DNA of 64,000 nucleotides from Eledone cirrhosa (taxonomy: Eukaryota), in contig OZ024740.1 of NCBI GenBank assembly GCA_964016885.1, positions 36,642,001-36,706,000 of the forward strand, written 5' to 3'. The notes under the pieces are model-generated. The model did not search any database, had not been told where the DNA came from, and saw nothing but the letters and a program-made list of their open reading frames with translations. Position 1 is the first letter of the stretch. Each line of letters opens with the position of its first letter. Of this stretch, positions 40,591 through 54,083 are shown piece after piece. The position numbers were made by a program, and so were the translations under genes.

Positions 40591-40771
40591 TGTTTCTACT
40601 TTAGGCACAAGGCCAGCAATTACCCAGTGCATTACTGGTACTCTATTTTATCGACCTCGTAAGGATGAAAGGCAAAGTCAACCTCGGCGGGATTTGAACT
40701 CAGATCGTAAAGGGACGTAACTATGCTGGAAAGCATGGCGCCCGACCCTCTACCGATACTGCCAATTCACC
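40591..40771 (-). mobile_element. tRNA-derived SINE, full length, with 9-bp TSD
   Basis: Minus-strand A-box tggcagtatcgg, B-box gagttcaaatcc and central gcctttcatccttacgaggtcgataaa. TSD ttcaataat at 40582-40590 and 40772-40780. Confidence 0.9.
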
Positions 40772-40957
40772 TTCAATAATGATAATAAAATAAATAGCAG
40801 ACGGTTGAGTGAAGTCTGGATACTAGAAAGTATCCAATGGGAAGAAAGCGTTAAATAATTGTGGAATTGTGTCATTTAGAGTGAGGGAGAGAGAGAGTGA
40901 GTAGGAGAGAGTGAGGGAAGTAGAGAAAGAGGGAGAGAGAGGAGAGAGAGAGAGAGA

Positions 40958-41645
40958 CTGGTACTTTATTTTATCGACCCCATAAGGATGAAAGGCAAAG
41001 TTAACCTTTGAGGGATTTGGACTCAGACCGTAAAGGGGAGTAACTCTATGCTGAAAAGTATGGTGTTCGACCTTCTACCCATACTGCCAATCGACCGCCT
41101 TCAGTCAAATAATTATTGTTTCTAGTTTAGGCACAAGACCGGCAATTATCCCAGAACATTACTGGTACTTTATGTTATCGACCTCGTAAGGATGAAATGC
41201 AAAGTTAACCTCAACGGGATTTGAACTCAGAACGTAAAGGGCCATAACTCTATGCTGCAAAGCATGGTGTCTGACGCTCTATAATAACTGTTTCTACTTT
41301 TGGCACAAGGCGAGCAATTACCCAGTGTATTACTGGTACTTTATTTTATCGATCCCTTAAGTATGAAAGGCAAAGTTAACCTCGACGGGATTTGAATTCA
41401 GAACATAAAGGGCCATAACTCTATGCTGCAAAGCATGGTGTCTGACGCTCTATAATAACTGTTTCTACTTTTGGCACAAGGCCAACAATCACCCAGTATA
41501 TTACTGGTACTTTATTTTATCGACTCCGTAAGGATGAAAGGCAAAGTTAACCTCGACGGGATTTGAACTCAGAATGGCAAGGGCCGTAACTCTATGCGTC
41601 AAAGCATGGCGTCCCAGCCTCTACCGATACTGTCAATCCACCGCA
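40958..41645 (-). mobile_element. Cluster of four SINE copies, three in a ~170-bp tandem array
   Basis: Units start near 41113, 41283 and 41453. A partial copy lies at 40958-41100. Confidence 0.88.
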
Positions 41646-41652
41646 ATAATGG

Positions 41653-41800
41653 TGGTAAGGCACTCAATATATACAATATTTTGAATACAATAGAAAACTG
41701 CATGAATCCCCCCACACACACATACACATGGTACACGTGTATGTGTGTATGCAGTTTTCTATTGTATTCAAAATATTGTATATAATGAGTGCCTTACCAT
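41653..41800. repeat. Fold-back element (~50-bp inverted arms)
   Basis: tggtaaggcactca.tatatacaatattttgaatacaatagaaaactgcat and its reverse complement. Confidence 0.85.
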
Positions 41801-41814
41801 GTCTGTGCCTTGTA

Positions 41815-41990
41815 CCCTGTACAAGGTACAGACATGGAATTACCGTCCAGACGCCCACCCGACTATATAACAGGTTGTACAGGGTGCAGGGTACATACAT
41901 GGAATTACCATCCGAAGGCCCACCCAAAAATATAATAGGTTGTACAGGGTACAGGCATGGAAATACCATCCCGAGGCCCACAACGTACAG
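41815..41990. repeat. Three imperfect ~57-66-bp tandem units
   Basis: Recurring ggtaca..catggaa.tacc.tcc...gcccac. Confidence 0.7.
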
Positions 41991-42220
41991 GCAACGAACT
42001 GTTCAGCCGTTCACCCGACCTTATGACAGGCTTACATGCTTCAGGCAGCGTTCATGACTAATTTTAATTTTTATACCAAATGCAATTTTTAGTGACGCAA
42101 TCCCGCATTAGTTTCGTTAGATTCTCTCACACTCACACACAGACACACACACACGCACTCTCCCATTCACTATCTCATACACTCTTCCACTCTCTCTACC
42201 TCACCCTCTCTTTCTCTTTC

Positions 42221-42283
<63 letters not shown>

Positions 42284-42358
42284 TTATATATGCAGAGGTT
42301 ATATTTAATTTGTTTTTCAGGGTATGTCAATATTTATTTATAAAACTAATCTGTATTG

Positions 42359-42424
42359 TATTTTATCTGATGAAAACGCACCATAATTTGCCTTGGTGGC
42401 CCTTGAAATATGTATAATAAAATA
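42359..42424 (+). ncRNA. Minimal type I hammerhead ribozyme
   Basis: tattttat-CTGATGA-aaacgcacca...tggtggccctt-GAAA-tatgta-TA-ataaaata, with an 8-bp helix I. Confidence 0.72.
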
Positions 42425-42935
42425 AATATGGTTTTATAAATCTAGTTTCCATTTGTTAATATATTGTATATATATATATATGAAAAACATGGGAAGAAAG
42501 GGGAATACTGCGTGGTTGCACATGGGTTACATATTATAAAATTAGTCCCTCATCAGTGATTTGCCAACCATCATTGGTATTTCATCGCATTAAAAATCAG
42601 ATACCTCAGGTTGGTGCGAGCAATAACTAAAATAAGTTATTTGGGACAAGTGAATCGCGTAAAGCGAGTGAGACAAGTAAACAACATAGAAGGAAAAGCA
42701 AACCGAAGTATGGAAAACAGCAAGCAACATGATGGTTATCCGGTCAGCAAAATCTGGGTGAATTTCATGAGCGGTCAGAAAACAGACCGTCCGCCGTGAA
42801 TGAGATGTGAGAAAGAAAGAACCCCACTACTAACGAACGGGAGGAAGTGAGAAGGGGAGAAACAGAGAGTGAGTGAGTGGAAGTGCGAGGAAGAGGTCAG
42901 TCGAGAGAAAGTGTAACTGACAGAGGGGGCGAAAG

Positions 42936-43042
<107 letters not shown>

Positions 43043-43737
43043 ATGAGTGTGTATGTTTACATATATATATGTATATAGAAACTTACATATATGTACACAC
43101 GCACACACCCACATACACATATATACATATATTTATTTGCATGTATGCATGTATATTTAATGGGAGACGCAACATATATAAACATGAGCCATTCAGAAGG
43201 AAATGTTATGTCCTGTGTATGTCAACAATGACATTAAACATTCACACGTCTAGCCTAGTCTTGTCAAACTTAGTCTCGTCTAGTTTAGTCTACCTCTCTA
43301 TCCACCTACAACTTCAGACACACACATACACATGCATGCATACACACACATATATATATATAAGCCGTCTCACACACACATACACACACACCAACATATA
43401 TATATATATATATAAGCGGTCTCACACACACATGCACACACACACACATATATACATATATATATACACACATATATTATATATATATATATATATATAT
43501 TAAGATAACAGATTAAAGTTTAAGCAAAGAATCGCTGCTTTCACCCTTAACGGGGTTTTCTGAAACTAACAAATATTTGCTCTACGGTTCTTATATATTT
43601 GATATATATTTATCCTTATCGAGCCCTCTTTGGATTTTAGTCTTCAAATTTATTATTATTACTATATATATATATATATATATTCACATATATATATTAT
43701 ATATATATATATATATACATATATCTATATATCTATA

Positions 43738-43831
<94 letters not shown>

Positions 43832-43916
43832 AAAAAGCAAGTAAACTAATCAGAAGAGAAAAATGATTAGTTATATATATGTGTGTATGTCTGTGTCTGT
43901 GTGTCTGTGTGTGTGT

Positions 43917-44380
43917 CGGGTCACTCTTGAGTGCTAGTGGAAACATGTAACCCAGTACAACATGTCGCATGGTCGGATCGTCGGCTACTAAACCGGCGAC
44001 CCCACCAAGTTTACTTGGTGGGGAGAGTGATTTTGGACTAATCAGGGGAGGAGAAACGTGATTAGTTATGCAGATTACAAGCCCATAATGAGAATGTTAG
44101 TGTTCTCAATACATATAGATTGCGAGATGGGAAAAGAGAAAGTTTAACAATATGTATATATATATATAGACAGTCGATCGACTTTTTGTCAAATTGGACC
44201 GAGGAAACAATGTTTCCATTGGTCTTTCCAATTGCTAATACTATCTATCGGTCGCAACTCCAGGTAGAAGGAGCAACGTGAAATAAGGTGTCTTGCTCAA
44301 GGATTTTGGACACCCTGCAAGACAAAAAACAAAACCTGACAAAGGGCGGAAGAACTCATGAGTCAACGGCTATCCAAAAA
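43917..44380 (+). mobile_element. Diverged relative of the RTE-derived element 5' domain, in two pieces (43917-44046 and 44300-44380)
   Basis: ggtcact..cccagtacaac..catggtcgg..ctaaac.ggc.accccaccaag..cttggtg and aaaacaaaacctg.caaagggc. Confidence 0.7.
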
Positions 44381-44410
44381 TGTGTGAGTATGTATATAAA
44401 TATGTATGTA

Positions 44411-44456
<46 letters not shown>

Positions 44457-44629
44457 AAAATCTTCACGCATAGGCATTGCACAATACAATTAATTAATTG
44501 TGTCTATTTTAGGCACAAGGCCAGCAATTACCCAGTACAATAGAATTAATTAATAATTTTTAATAATGTTTTATTGTACAATGCCCATAGTCGATAACGA
44601 GGAGGTAGCCATCATATATATATATATAA

Positions 44630-44835
44630 GAAAAGGTTCAGGATCCCGACGGCAGAGCTCAAGCCGTTTCGGCGGCTATTTCTGGACTGAATTTAGTCCA
44701 GAAATAGCCGTCGAAACGGCTTGAGCTCTGCCGTCGGGGTCCTACTCGTTCCTAATACCCACTCTACTACCCTAAGTATTGAGTACTTTTGGTGCGTTAT
44801 GGTCCATCTGGTTCCTTACCACATTTCCTTCGTTA
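44630..44835. mobile_element. Fold-back family A copy
   Basis: Near-perfect hairpin centred on tggactgaatttagtcca, in (TA)n. Confidence 0.82.
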
Positions 44836-45984
44836 TATATATATATATATATATGTGCGTGTGTGTATATATATATTATATTATATTATAACCATTATAT
44901 ATATATATGTGTGTGTGTGTGTGTAACTTTGATAGGTTTCTGCCAATGTTGGTCCAGGCCATGTCTAACTTAACACACACACACACACACACACACAAAG
45001 ACACACGCACACAAAGAAACACACAGTCGCACACAAACATTCATTCACACCGGGTGGGGGACACACACATAAAACACACACAGAATACGCACACAAACAC
45101 TCACTCATGCACAAACAAATATACACACACAAATACATACACGTATACATACAAAAACAACCACACATGCTATAGGAGTTCTCCCCTTTCTCATTATCTG
45201 CATACTCCTAAAGGAAAGTTTAGAAAAATAACCTGATTAAACGATGTTGATCTGTTGTCTGTAAATATCTTGAGTCGATGTTTCTACGTATCTCATGTAA
45301 AAGTTTCAGAAAAATAACTGATGTTGATCTGTTTGTAAAAAGCTTGCGTCGATGTTGCCATGTATCTCATATAAAAGTTTATTCTAACTCTTTACAGTTA
45401 TTATCCTGACTATGAATATTACGACGATAAAATCATTTTTTCTATGTATCTCATGAAAAAGTCAACTGTAGCCAGTTTTTTAAAGGTAATATCCTGGAAT
45501 GTTACAAGGATAAAATTCATTTTTCTATTCTATTATGTTCACATCTACGCATCAAAAAACACGTCTTGCTAAGTTCTTTTCTAAGAAATCATAAACAAGA
45601 TTGCATATTTATCATAAATACCGGTAGACAGTCACAGTCATTTTTTTTCTTTTCTTTTTACTGAGATATTACAAACAAGATTGAAGTTTTAGTACAAATA
45701 CTAGCAGATACACATAAGATGTCTGCACAATCAAGATATACCTTTGCTTTTGAATCTAGTGCTGATGTGTATTGCTAAGACAATATTTTATTTCACGTAA
45801 GCAGTCACGTGTAGCAACACAGCTAGACCAACACAGATGAAAGCTAAAACACTCAAACAAAATCAATTAAAAGGTAAATTCTAATAAGGAAGGCAGCAAC
45901 ATAGAATTGATAAATGTGTCCGTACACGGAAGAGCCAAACTCCCACTGTCATCGCCTTCATCTCACTCGCCCTCCCCATCTCTC

Positions 45985-46228
45985 TGTATTATGAGCAAAT
46001 GAGGTCCCACAATTTGGCTGCCCAACGGGTCCGGCGGACAGAATGTAAAAGGCGTTTCCCCGGAGGATGGTAAAGGAAATGCGCTGGAAGAGCCATTCCA
46101 TCTCGCCAAGACTCACAGCTGCGGCTAGCCAGCCCAGCGCCTATGATGATAAGTAATGAGGTAGCCCTATGGTCAAGGACATCAAAAGTCTCCACTGCCA
46201 GGGTCACGACCACAAACCTGTCGGAAAG
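45985..46228 (-). mobile_element. CRE-like non-LTR retrotransposon 3' fragment (REL domain C-terminus)
   Basis: DRFVVVTLAVETFDVL..A..L..IGAGLA, then after a frameshift EWLFQRISFTILRGNAF. Confidence 0.65.
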
Positions 46229-46378
46229 TTAAATTATTATATTATATTATATTATTATCAGTGTATCACTGCATCATTGCTAATATAAGTTAGGGTGTGT
46301 GTTTACTGGTGGTACACTATAATCTGTGGAATGAGTACTTACGGTATATTTCGGTAACTTAAGATCGTGAAAACACAA

Positions 46379-48506
46379 TGTAGACACAGATGTAGACACA
46401 GATGTAGACACAGCTGTAGACACAGCTGAAGACCCAGATGTAGACCCAGCTGTAGACACAGCTGTAGACACAGATGTAGACACAGATGTAGACACAGATG
46501 TAGAGACAGATGTAGACACAGATGTAGACACAGCTGTAGACACAGTTGTAGACCCAGATGTAGACCCAGATGTAGACAGAGATGTAGACACAGCTGTAGA
46601 CACAGCTGTAGACACAGTTGTAGACATAGATGTAGACACAGATGTAGACACAGATGTAGACACAGCTGTAGACACAGATGTAGACACATGTAGACACAGA
46701 TGTAGACACAGATATAGAGACAGCTGTAGACACAGCTGTAGACTCAGATGTAGACCCAGATGTAGACACAGCTGTAGACACGGATGTAGACACAGCTGTA
46801 GACACAGCTGTAGACATAGATGTAGACACAGATGTAGACACAGATGTAGACACAGCTGTAGACACAGATGTAGACACAGATGTAGACACAGATGTAGACA
46901 GAGCTGTAGAAACAGATATAGACACAGCTGTAAACACAGATGTAGACACAGCTGTAGACACAGATGTAGATACAGATATAAACACAGCAGTAGACACAGC
47001 TGTAGACACAGATGTAAACACAGATGTAGACACAGCTGTAGACACAGATGTAGACACAGCTGTAGACACAGCTGTAGACCCAGATGTAGACACAGATGTA
47101 GACACAGATGTAGACACAGATGTAGACACAGCTGTAGACACAGCTGTAGACACAGATGTAGACAAGATGTAGACACAGATGTAGACACTGATATAAACAC
47201 AGATGTAGACACAGATGTAGACACAGATGCAGACACAGCTGTAGACACAGATGTAGACACAGATGTAGACACAGATGTAAACACAGATGTAGACACAGCT
47301 GTAGACACATATGTAGACACATATGTAGACACAGCTGTATACACAGATGTAGACACAGATGTAGACACAGCTGTAGACACAGATGTAGACACAGCTGTAG
47401 ACACAGATGTAGACACAGATGTATACACAGATGTAGACACAGCTGTAGACACGGATGTAGACACAGATGTAGACACAGATGTAGAAACAGATGTAGGCAC
47501 AGCTGTAGACACAGATGTAGAAACAGATGTAGACACAGATGTAGACACATATGTAGACACAGATGTAGACACAGATGTAGACACAGATGTAGACACAGAT
47601 GTAAACATAAATGTAGACACAGCTGTAGATCCAGCTGTAGACACAGATGTAGACACAGATGTAGACACAGCTGTAGACACAGATGTAGACACAGATGTAG
47701 ACACAGATGTAAACACAGCTGTAGACACAGATGCAGACACAGATGTAGACACAGATGTAGACACAGATGTAGACACAGATGTAGACATAGATGTAAACAC
47801 AGCTGTAGACACAGATGCAGACACAGATGTAGACACAGATGTAGACACAGATGTAGACACAGATGTAAACACAGCTGTAGACACAGATGTAGACACAGAT
47901 GTAGACACAGATGTAAACACAGCTGTAGACACAGATGCAGACACAGATGTAGACACAGATGTAGACACAGATGTAGACACAGATGTAAACACAGCTGTAG
48001 ACACAGATGTAGACACAGATGTAAACACAGCTGTAGAGACAGATGTAGACACAGGTGTAGACACAGATGTAAACACAGAAGTAGACACAGATGTAAACAC
48101 AGATGTAGACACAGATGTAGACACAGATGTAGACACAGATGTAAACACAGATGTAGACACAGCTGTAGACCCAGCTGTAGACACAGATGTAGACACAGAT
48201 GTAGACACAGCTGTAGACACAGATGTAGACACAGATGTAGACACAGATGTAAACACAGCTGTAGACACAGATGCAGACACAGATGTAGACACAGATGTAG
48301 ACACAGATGTAGACACAGATGTAAACACAGCTGTAGACACAGATGTAGACACAGATGTAGACACAGATGCAGACACAGATGTAGACACAGATGTAGACAC
48401 ATATGTAGACACAGATGTAGACACAGATGTAAACACAGCTGTAGAAACAGATGTAGACACAGGTGTAGACACAGATGTAAACACAGATGTAGACACAGAT
48501 GTAGAT
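46379..48506. repeat. 12-bp satellite (GTAGACACAGAT / GTAGACACAGCT)n, ~2.1 kb
   Basis: Seen directly. Two phase slips near 46688 and 47163. Confidence 0.97.
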
Positions 48507-49356
48507 ATCAACACAGTTATGCTGAAATTTATTTAAAATTATTTTTATTGGCAGTTTTATATAGTAAAATCGTTGCTCTTGTTTCACTGTATAACAGACA
48601 TTTTTATATTCTTTTAATGTAGTATACAGTGCAGCCGATTGTCGCCCTTGGTGGTGAATTCCCTCCACCCCACCCTCCCATTTGTTATGTGTCTTTTCAT
48701 CTCTCTTTTTGCGTTTATATTTGAATATATTATATGTCTTTGTGTTTTCATTCCAAATTTCACTACAAATTCATTAAGCTGATAAAATATATTCTGACAA
48801 ACAAAGATATATTTGATAATAAATGGTAGTCATAATATCACCAAAAAATCTATTAAGCTAGTAGCTGTTGATACAATTAAACATGTAGCTGTTGATTTCT
48901 CTCGGCTACATGTGATCAGTAAGAATGTCTGAAAGTCAAATTTTTTATTTATTTTATCAGAAAAAATATCAGTTGCTTAAAATATTAATTTCATCATCAA
49001 AAAATTGAGAAGTAAAACAAAAATGAAATGAAAAATATTTGTCGCAAATGTCACGTCAAAGTCAAGCCAGAAACTCCCTTTGTTACTCAGTTGAGGTCAG
49101 CACGTGTAAAGCTTTCGTGGAATACTGTCGGGTGTTGAAATTTTCCCACAATTTTTTTGCAAAAATTCCCCCATCCCCAGGAAAAACAAAACAAAACAAA
49201 ACAAATATACAACACCATTTAAACTGAAAGTTATTGAAATTGCTGAGAAATTATTTCATTTGAAGGAAGTGTCTTTTGATGAGTGGAAATATTGGTATAT
49301 ATGTAGCAAAAAGAAATGTAGCGAAGCAGAATGTGGAGTTGTAGTGAGAGACTGTA

Positions 49357-49568
49357 CAGAGTGGGCCAGAATTCATGACTCACTTAATTATTTATAGATT
49401 TTTATAAATAAAAAACCTGTGAGGCATATTAAGAAATAAAAATATAAATTAAGAAACCTGCTAAGCCTATTAAGAAATAAAATAATAATTAAAACAATAC
49501 CATAACAATAAAATAATCATGTTAATAAATATAATTAAGAAGCGAGTCATGAATTCTGGTCTACCCTG
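49357..49568. mobile_element. Tc1/mariner-type MITE with TA target duplication
   Basis: TA-cagagtgggccagaattcatgactc ... gagtcatgaattctggtctaccctg-TA. Confidence 0.82.
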
Positions 49569-50214
49569 TAGAGTAGATGTAACGATGGAAGGAATTGATT
49601 TGTGCTTGTTGTTCATTTGATCGTGGTAGAAGTTATGGTAATAAAGTTATTGGCTTGCTGGGTGATTACGTATAAGGTAAAATTTGTCTCACAATAAAGC
49701 GCTGTGTGAGATGCCGTTGAATGAACAAATAAAACATGATCGCTACTTAAAGAATTTTTATCAAGAAAATAACTTACATCGAAGTTATTGTTGATAAGAC
49801 AGGAAAACAACAAAGAACCAAGTGAATTGTATATTATGTTTGTGTGGTGATTTGTGTGAATGTAGAAGTAGTCAGACCAAATGCATTGAACCAACCTTTA
49901 TCCAAATAGCCTCACCCTGCCGATAGGGTTGGAGTATTTTGTTAAATGCTATATCTCTCTACTTCTTGAGCAACTCTAAGTGATGTCCTTCTCTTCCGAG
50001 AAACGAGAGTCGAATGGCTTTTACAAAACCTTATCTCATTTAACCTCAAGTTGGCCAGTTTCTCCAGACCACAGGCGCCAACTCGAGATAAAGAAAAAAC
50101 AGCTCTGCCGTATCGTTTGGAAGTCAATATGTGTGGAGACATTCCACTACATATATATGTATGTCCAACAATAACTAAAAATAGTAAAATCTCAGATCAT
50201 ATATTAATATAAAT

Positions 50215-50410
50215 CACCGTCTCGTGGTCCTAGCGAACAGAGCGAAGAAGGCATTACTAGTCCTTGCGGGTAGCCAACTCTGCCCCGACAGCAGTGAATT
50301 GGGACGTGGTCCGGGGGCCAAGAACACCAGAAGTCTCCACTGCCACAGCTTTGACCCCAAACCTATCATAGAGCGGCCGATACTTTGACAGTTTGCCCAA
50401 GTCAGTATTA
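50215..50410 (-). mobile_element. CRE-like REL-domain fragment, same type as 45985-46228
   Basis: KLSKYRPLYDRFGVKAVAVETSGVLGPRT..VGAELA. Confidence 0.6.
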
Positions 50411-50847
50411 TCACTGCAACTAATTGCTTTAAAAAAAAAATTAGCTTCCATTTGTGTTTCTGCTTATAGATACTGTGTTTTAGATTGTAGTGTTGTAATA
50501 TAGATTTCGGTTGCTCGAAAATAGGAGTCATGTAATAAAAGTAGCCTCACACGACAAAAAGAGTCATTAGGATGTTGGTTTAGATACTTTCGTATTTGTT
50601 TTGGCTCACTAGACTCTAGTTTTAAACCCTACAGAGGACAACTTTATTTTCCATCTTTTTAGAGTCGATAACAAAACTAACGTACAAGGCGATGAATTAA
50701 TGGATTTTTTTAAAGAGCCTTTGGGATGCTTTGCGTTATCTTTGTATGTTCTGAGTTCAAACGCTATCTTCTTCTGTCAGGACGTGCAATCTAAAGATAG
50801 TATCAACAATGGCATGACCAAATGAAACATATTTCCTTGGCCCTCCC

Positions 50848-50882
<35 letters not shown>

Positions 50883-50949
50883 CAAGGTTTAGCAAATAAG
50901 AAAAGGTTTTAAAATAAATTTTAAAAAATTCACTGTACCTGCTATGGTT

Positions 50950-51035
50950 ACCTTTACCGTACGGTTTCGAGTCTCAAAAATAAATGGATAGTCCTTACGG
51001 GCCTCCATTGAAAAGAAAGACTCTAGTCAGAAGGT
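50950..51035 (-). ncRNA. Hammerhead-like motif, G8U variant
   Basis: acctt-CTGACTA-gagtct...agactc-GAAA-ccgtacgg-TA-aaggt. Confidence 0.6.
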
Positions 51036-51434
51036 TCCTTTCACTCGGAGAATATAAAATTCCCGAGTTCGAATTACGAACTGGCGCTATTCAAAATTGT
51101 TCCCGAGATGAGAGTGAATGATATAGAAGCAATTCTATCCAGTGCCGTGTGCAAAGATAGAAGGCAGAGGCGGAAAGGTCAATACACTACCACTAGAAAT
51201 AGCAGCAGTCAAAACGACCAAATGTTATCTCGACCAGGGAGAGATTAATAATAATAAAGTATATATCCCTACACGCATAATACATATAGGGACACATGTA
51301 TTATCCAACCATATGCCAATGTGGTTCTATGGCAGGTTAATAAATTAACGAGCCAGAACATATATAATCAAGCTTTAGCAAATAAGAAAAAGTTTTAAAA
51401 TAAATTAAAAAAATTCACTGTACCTGCTATGATT

Positions 51435-51520
51435 ACCTTTACCGTACGGTTTCGAGTCTCAAAAATAAATGGATAGTCCTTACGGGCCTCCATTGAAAAG
51501 AAAGACTCTAGTCAGAAGGT
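51435..51520 (-). ncRNA. Hammerhead-like motif, G8U variant, copy 2
   Basis: Identical to 50950-51035. Confidence 0.6.
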
Positions 51521-51594
51521 TCCTTTCACTCGGAGAATCTAAAATACCCGAGTTCGAATTACGAACTGGCGCTATTCAAAATTGTTCTAGAAAA

Positions 51595-51788
51595 GTGCTC
51601 AAGATCCTGACGGCAGAGTTCAAGCCGTTTCGACGGCTATTTCTGAACTCAGAAATAGCCGTCGAAACGGCTTGAACTCTGCCGTCGGGGTCTTCAACAT
51701 TTTCCTATTACCCACTCTACTACCTAAAGTATTGAGTACTCTGGTGCGTTATGGTCCACCTGGTTCCTTACCACACTTCCTTCGTTAT
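51595..51788. mobile_element. Fold-back family A copy
   Basis: Hairpin centred on ttctgaactcagaa. Confidence 0.8.
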
Positions 51789-51789
51789 A

Positions 51790-51990
51790 TCTATATATCT
51801 ATAACAGAGAATATCTGTCTGTCTGTCCGCTCACTAAAACTCGAGAACCACCCAACCGATTGTTTTCAAACTTTACACATGTAATACCTATGGTCCTGTG
51901 AGTGTTTTGAGCAAAACATTTTCAAATTGTCAATGCCCTAGGGACCGCATTAGGCGGTTTAGTGATCTCTCTCTATAATTCCCAGACGTT
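51790..51990 (+). mobile_element. Probable non-autonomous Helitron 5' end
   Basis: TCTATATATCTATAA followed by (tctg)n and ccgattg..caaactttacacat. No 3' end found. Confidence 0.4.
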
Positions 51991-52259
51991 CTCTTATTAG
52001 ATAGATACATAGATATAACGTTGCGCCTTTATAATTGTTTCTACTTTTGGCACAAGGCGAGCAATTACCCAGTGCATTACTGGTACTTTATTTTATCGAC
52101 CCCTTATAATATCTGTCTGTATGCCTGGCTGTCTTCATTACAACATTATGACGCGGTGTGTGTGTGTGTGTATATATGTATATATGGTGTGTGTGTGTAT
52201 ATATAAATATATATAGTGTGTAACGTTTTTCGAAATATTTACTTCTGCGTTCACAATAT

Positions 52260-52410
52260 TTTTAGTTTCAGAAGATCCCGTTAAGGGTGAAAGCAGCGAA
52301 TCTTTGCTTAAACTTTAATCTGTTGTTTTAATAAATATTTGCTCTAGGGTTCTTATATATTTGATATATATTTATCCTTATCGAGCCCCGTTTGGATTTT
52401 AGTCCTCACA
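52260..52410. mobile_element. Short interspersed family B (copies at 35285-35345, 43505-43665 and fold-back 54205-54420)
   Basis: Shared cagaagatcccgttaagggtgaaagcagcga.tctttgcttaaactttaatctg. All copies are next to (TA)n. Confidence 0.75.
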
Positions 52411-52644
52411 TTCGCAAACGAATCGAATGTTATTATTAATATTCGAAAAACTCAGATTACATTTATTGTATTCGGCTATGTAGAGCGAAATTTTCTTTTC
52501 TTTATAATATATATATACAGAGATATCCACGGTAAGTTATGGGGTCTAGTCTGCATGAAGAACTCAATGTAATCCATATGTTGAAAATGTTGTAGGTTAA
52601 AATAAATCCCAGAAAACAATAAAACATTAAAAGGAAAACAGAGT

Positions 52645-52945
52645 CATGATATAAGTTAAAACAATGAAATAAAAAAATCAAGTCATTAGAAATATACTTC
52701 ACCGCTTTACGATCGTTTCTAGGTGATGATAATACATCGTAACTATACTTCGATATCGATCTTTGACAACAGCTGGTGATATGCATGTAAGTAAATATTC
52801 TCTTTATCTGATATTTTGTAACTAACTTTACATAGATCGATATCGAAGTATAGTTACGATGTATTATCATCACCTAGAAACGATCGTAAAGCAGTGAAGT
52901 ATATTTCTAATGACTTGATTTTTTATTTCATTGTTTTAACTTATA
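52645..52945. mobile_element. Fold-back insert (~110-bp arms); related copy at 23480-23655
   Basis: Inverted arms contain GAAA-cgatcg-TA-aagc, a hammerhead 3' half. Confidence 0.8.
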
Positions 52946-52965
52946 TATATATATTTATATATATT

Positions 52966-52996
<31 letters not shown>

Positions 52997-53006
52997 ATAT
53001 ATATAA

Positions 53007-53076
<70 letters not shown>

Positions 53077-53142
53077 GCATTAATAATATATATATATATA
53101 TATGTTTTTATATATATGTATGTATGTATATATATATATATG

Positions 53143-53301
<159 letters not shown>

Positions 53302-53344
53302 CAATGAAATTAATAAATTGAAACTATATTTATAAAACCATATT

Positions 53345-53405
53345 TATTCTATTATATTTATTTCAAGGGTACCAAAACTTTGGTACGCTCTCATCAGATA
53401 AAATA
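53345..53405 (-). ncRNA. Minimal type I hammerhead ribozyme
   Basis: tattttat-CTGATGA-gagcgtacca aagttt tggtaccctt-GAAA-taaata-TA-atagaata. Confidence 0.75.
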
Positions 53406-54047
53406 CAAAGTTTGTTTCATAAATATTGACATATCCAGGAAAGAGATCTTAACGGTTCAAGTTTTTCCTGGATAGTAAAATGAAAAAGGGGAAAGAGAGG
53501 AAAAGTCAAATATTTCAAATTATTAGGATGAATATGCAAATGAGGCTGAAGTATAGCGCTGAAAAAGCGTTATTTTTAGACGCTAGGTAGATTTAAATAA
53601 TTATTAGGATATATATATGTATGTGTAGGAAGAAGAAAGAGAAAGAAAGAAAAGCTTGTATTTACGTGAATTTAAAAAGATTGAAATATTAAGAATTAAC
53701 AGTTTGTAGGAATGGTGGAATATGATTCCAGAATTTAAAAAATATTTAGTTAAATTATGAGTTATAATATTATATATATAATCAATTAGATTATATGAAG
53801 AATTATGGTTATAAGTACATTTTATCTTATGCACTCGCATAAGCACATATCCACCCCAAATATACACGGATTACCTCCCTTCCTAAACCTCTCTAACGCA
53901 TAAGATACCTCTTGACCATCAAATCTCCAGCATGGCTGACTAAATACCCACGGGTATTCCCACCTCCACATTTTTTTCTCATTTTTTTCACCATTTCTTT
54001 CTCTTCTCACTCTTTATTTTTCTATTTTATCTTTTTCTCTAACTCTA

Positions 54048-54083
54048 TCTTCTGACGAAGGTCTAGTGTCCGAAATGTTAAGA
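54048..54083 (+). ncRNA. Minimal hammerhead motif, degenerate
   Basis: tctt-CTGACGA-aggtctagtgtcc-GAAA-tg-TT-aaga. Confidence 0.55.

Larger units (their letters stand above)
50880..51587 (-). repeat. Two ~220-bp direct repeats (50880-51103, 51367-51587), each with a hammerhead motif
   Basis: Near-identical blocks 485 bp apart. Confidence 0.88.

Noticed and set aside
40591-40771. tRNA gene
   Set aside because: A and B boxes are present, but there is no cloverleaf. It is multi-copy with TSD, so it is a SINE.
46379-48506. CRISPR array (also considered for 31800-32185 and 41815-41990)
   Set aside because: No unique spacers, no cas genes, and a eukaryotic context.
46280-48668. 744/769/552-aa ORFs as mucin or metallothionein-like genes
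   Set aside because: These are satellite translations that switch frames at phase slips, with no unique domain.
49613-49894. 93-aa minus-strand ORF or exon with a GTAAGT donor
   Set aside because: No recognisable homology, a weak acceptor and no partner exons.
52265-52305. Hammerhead in family B (CAGAAGA-ccc gttaa ggg-GAAA)
   Set aside because: Stem II and GAAA fit, but no palindromic stem III or helix I could be formed.
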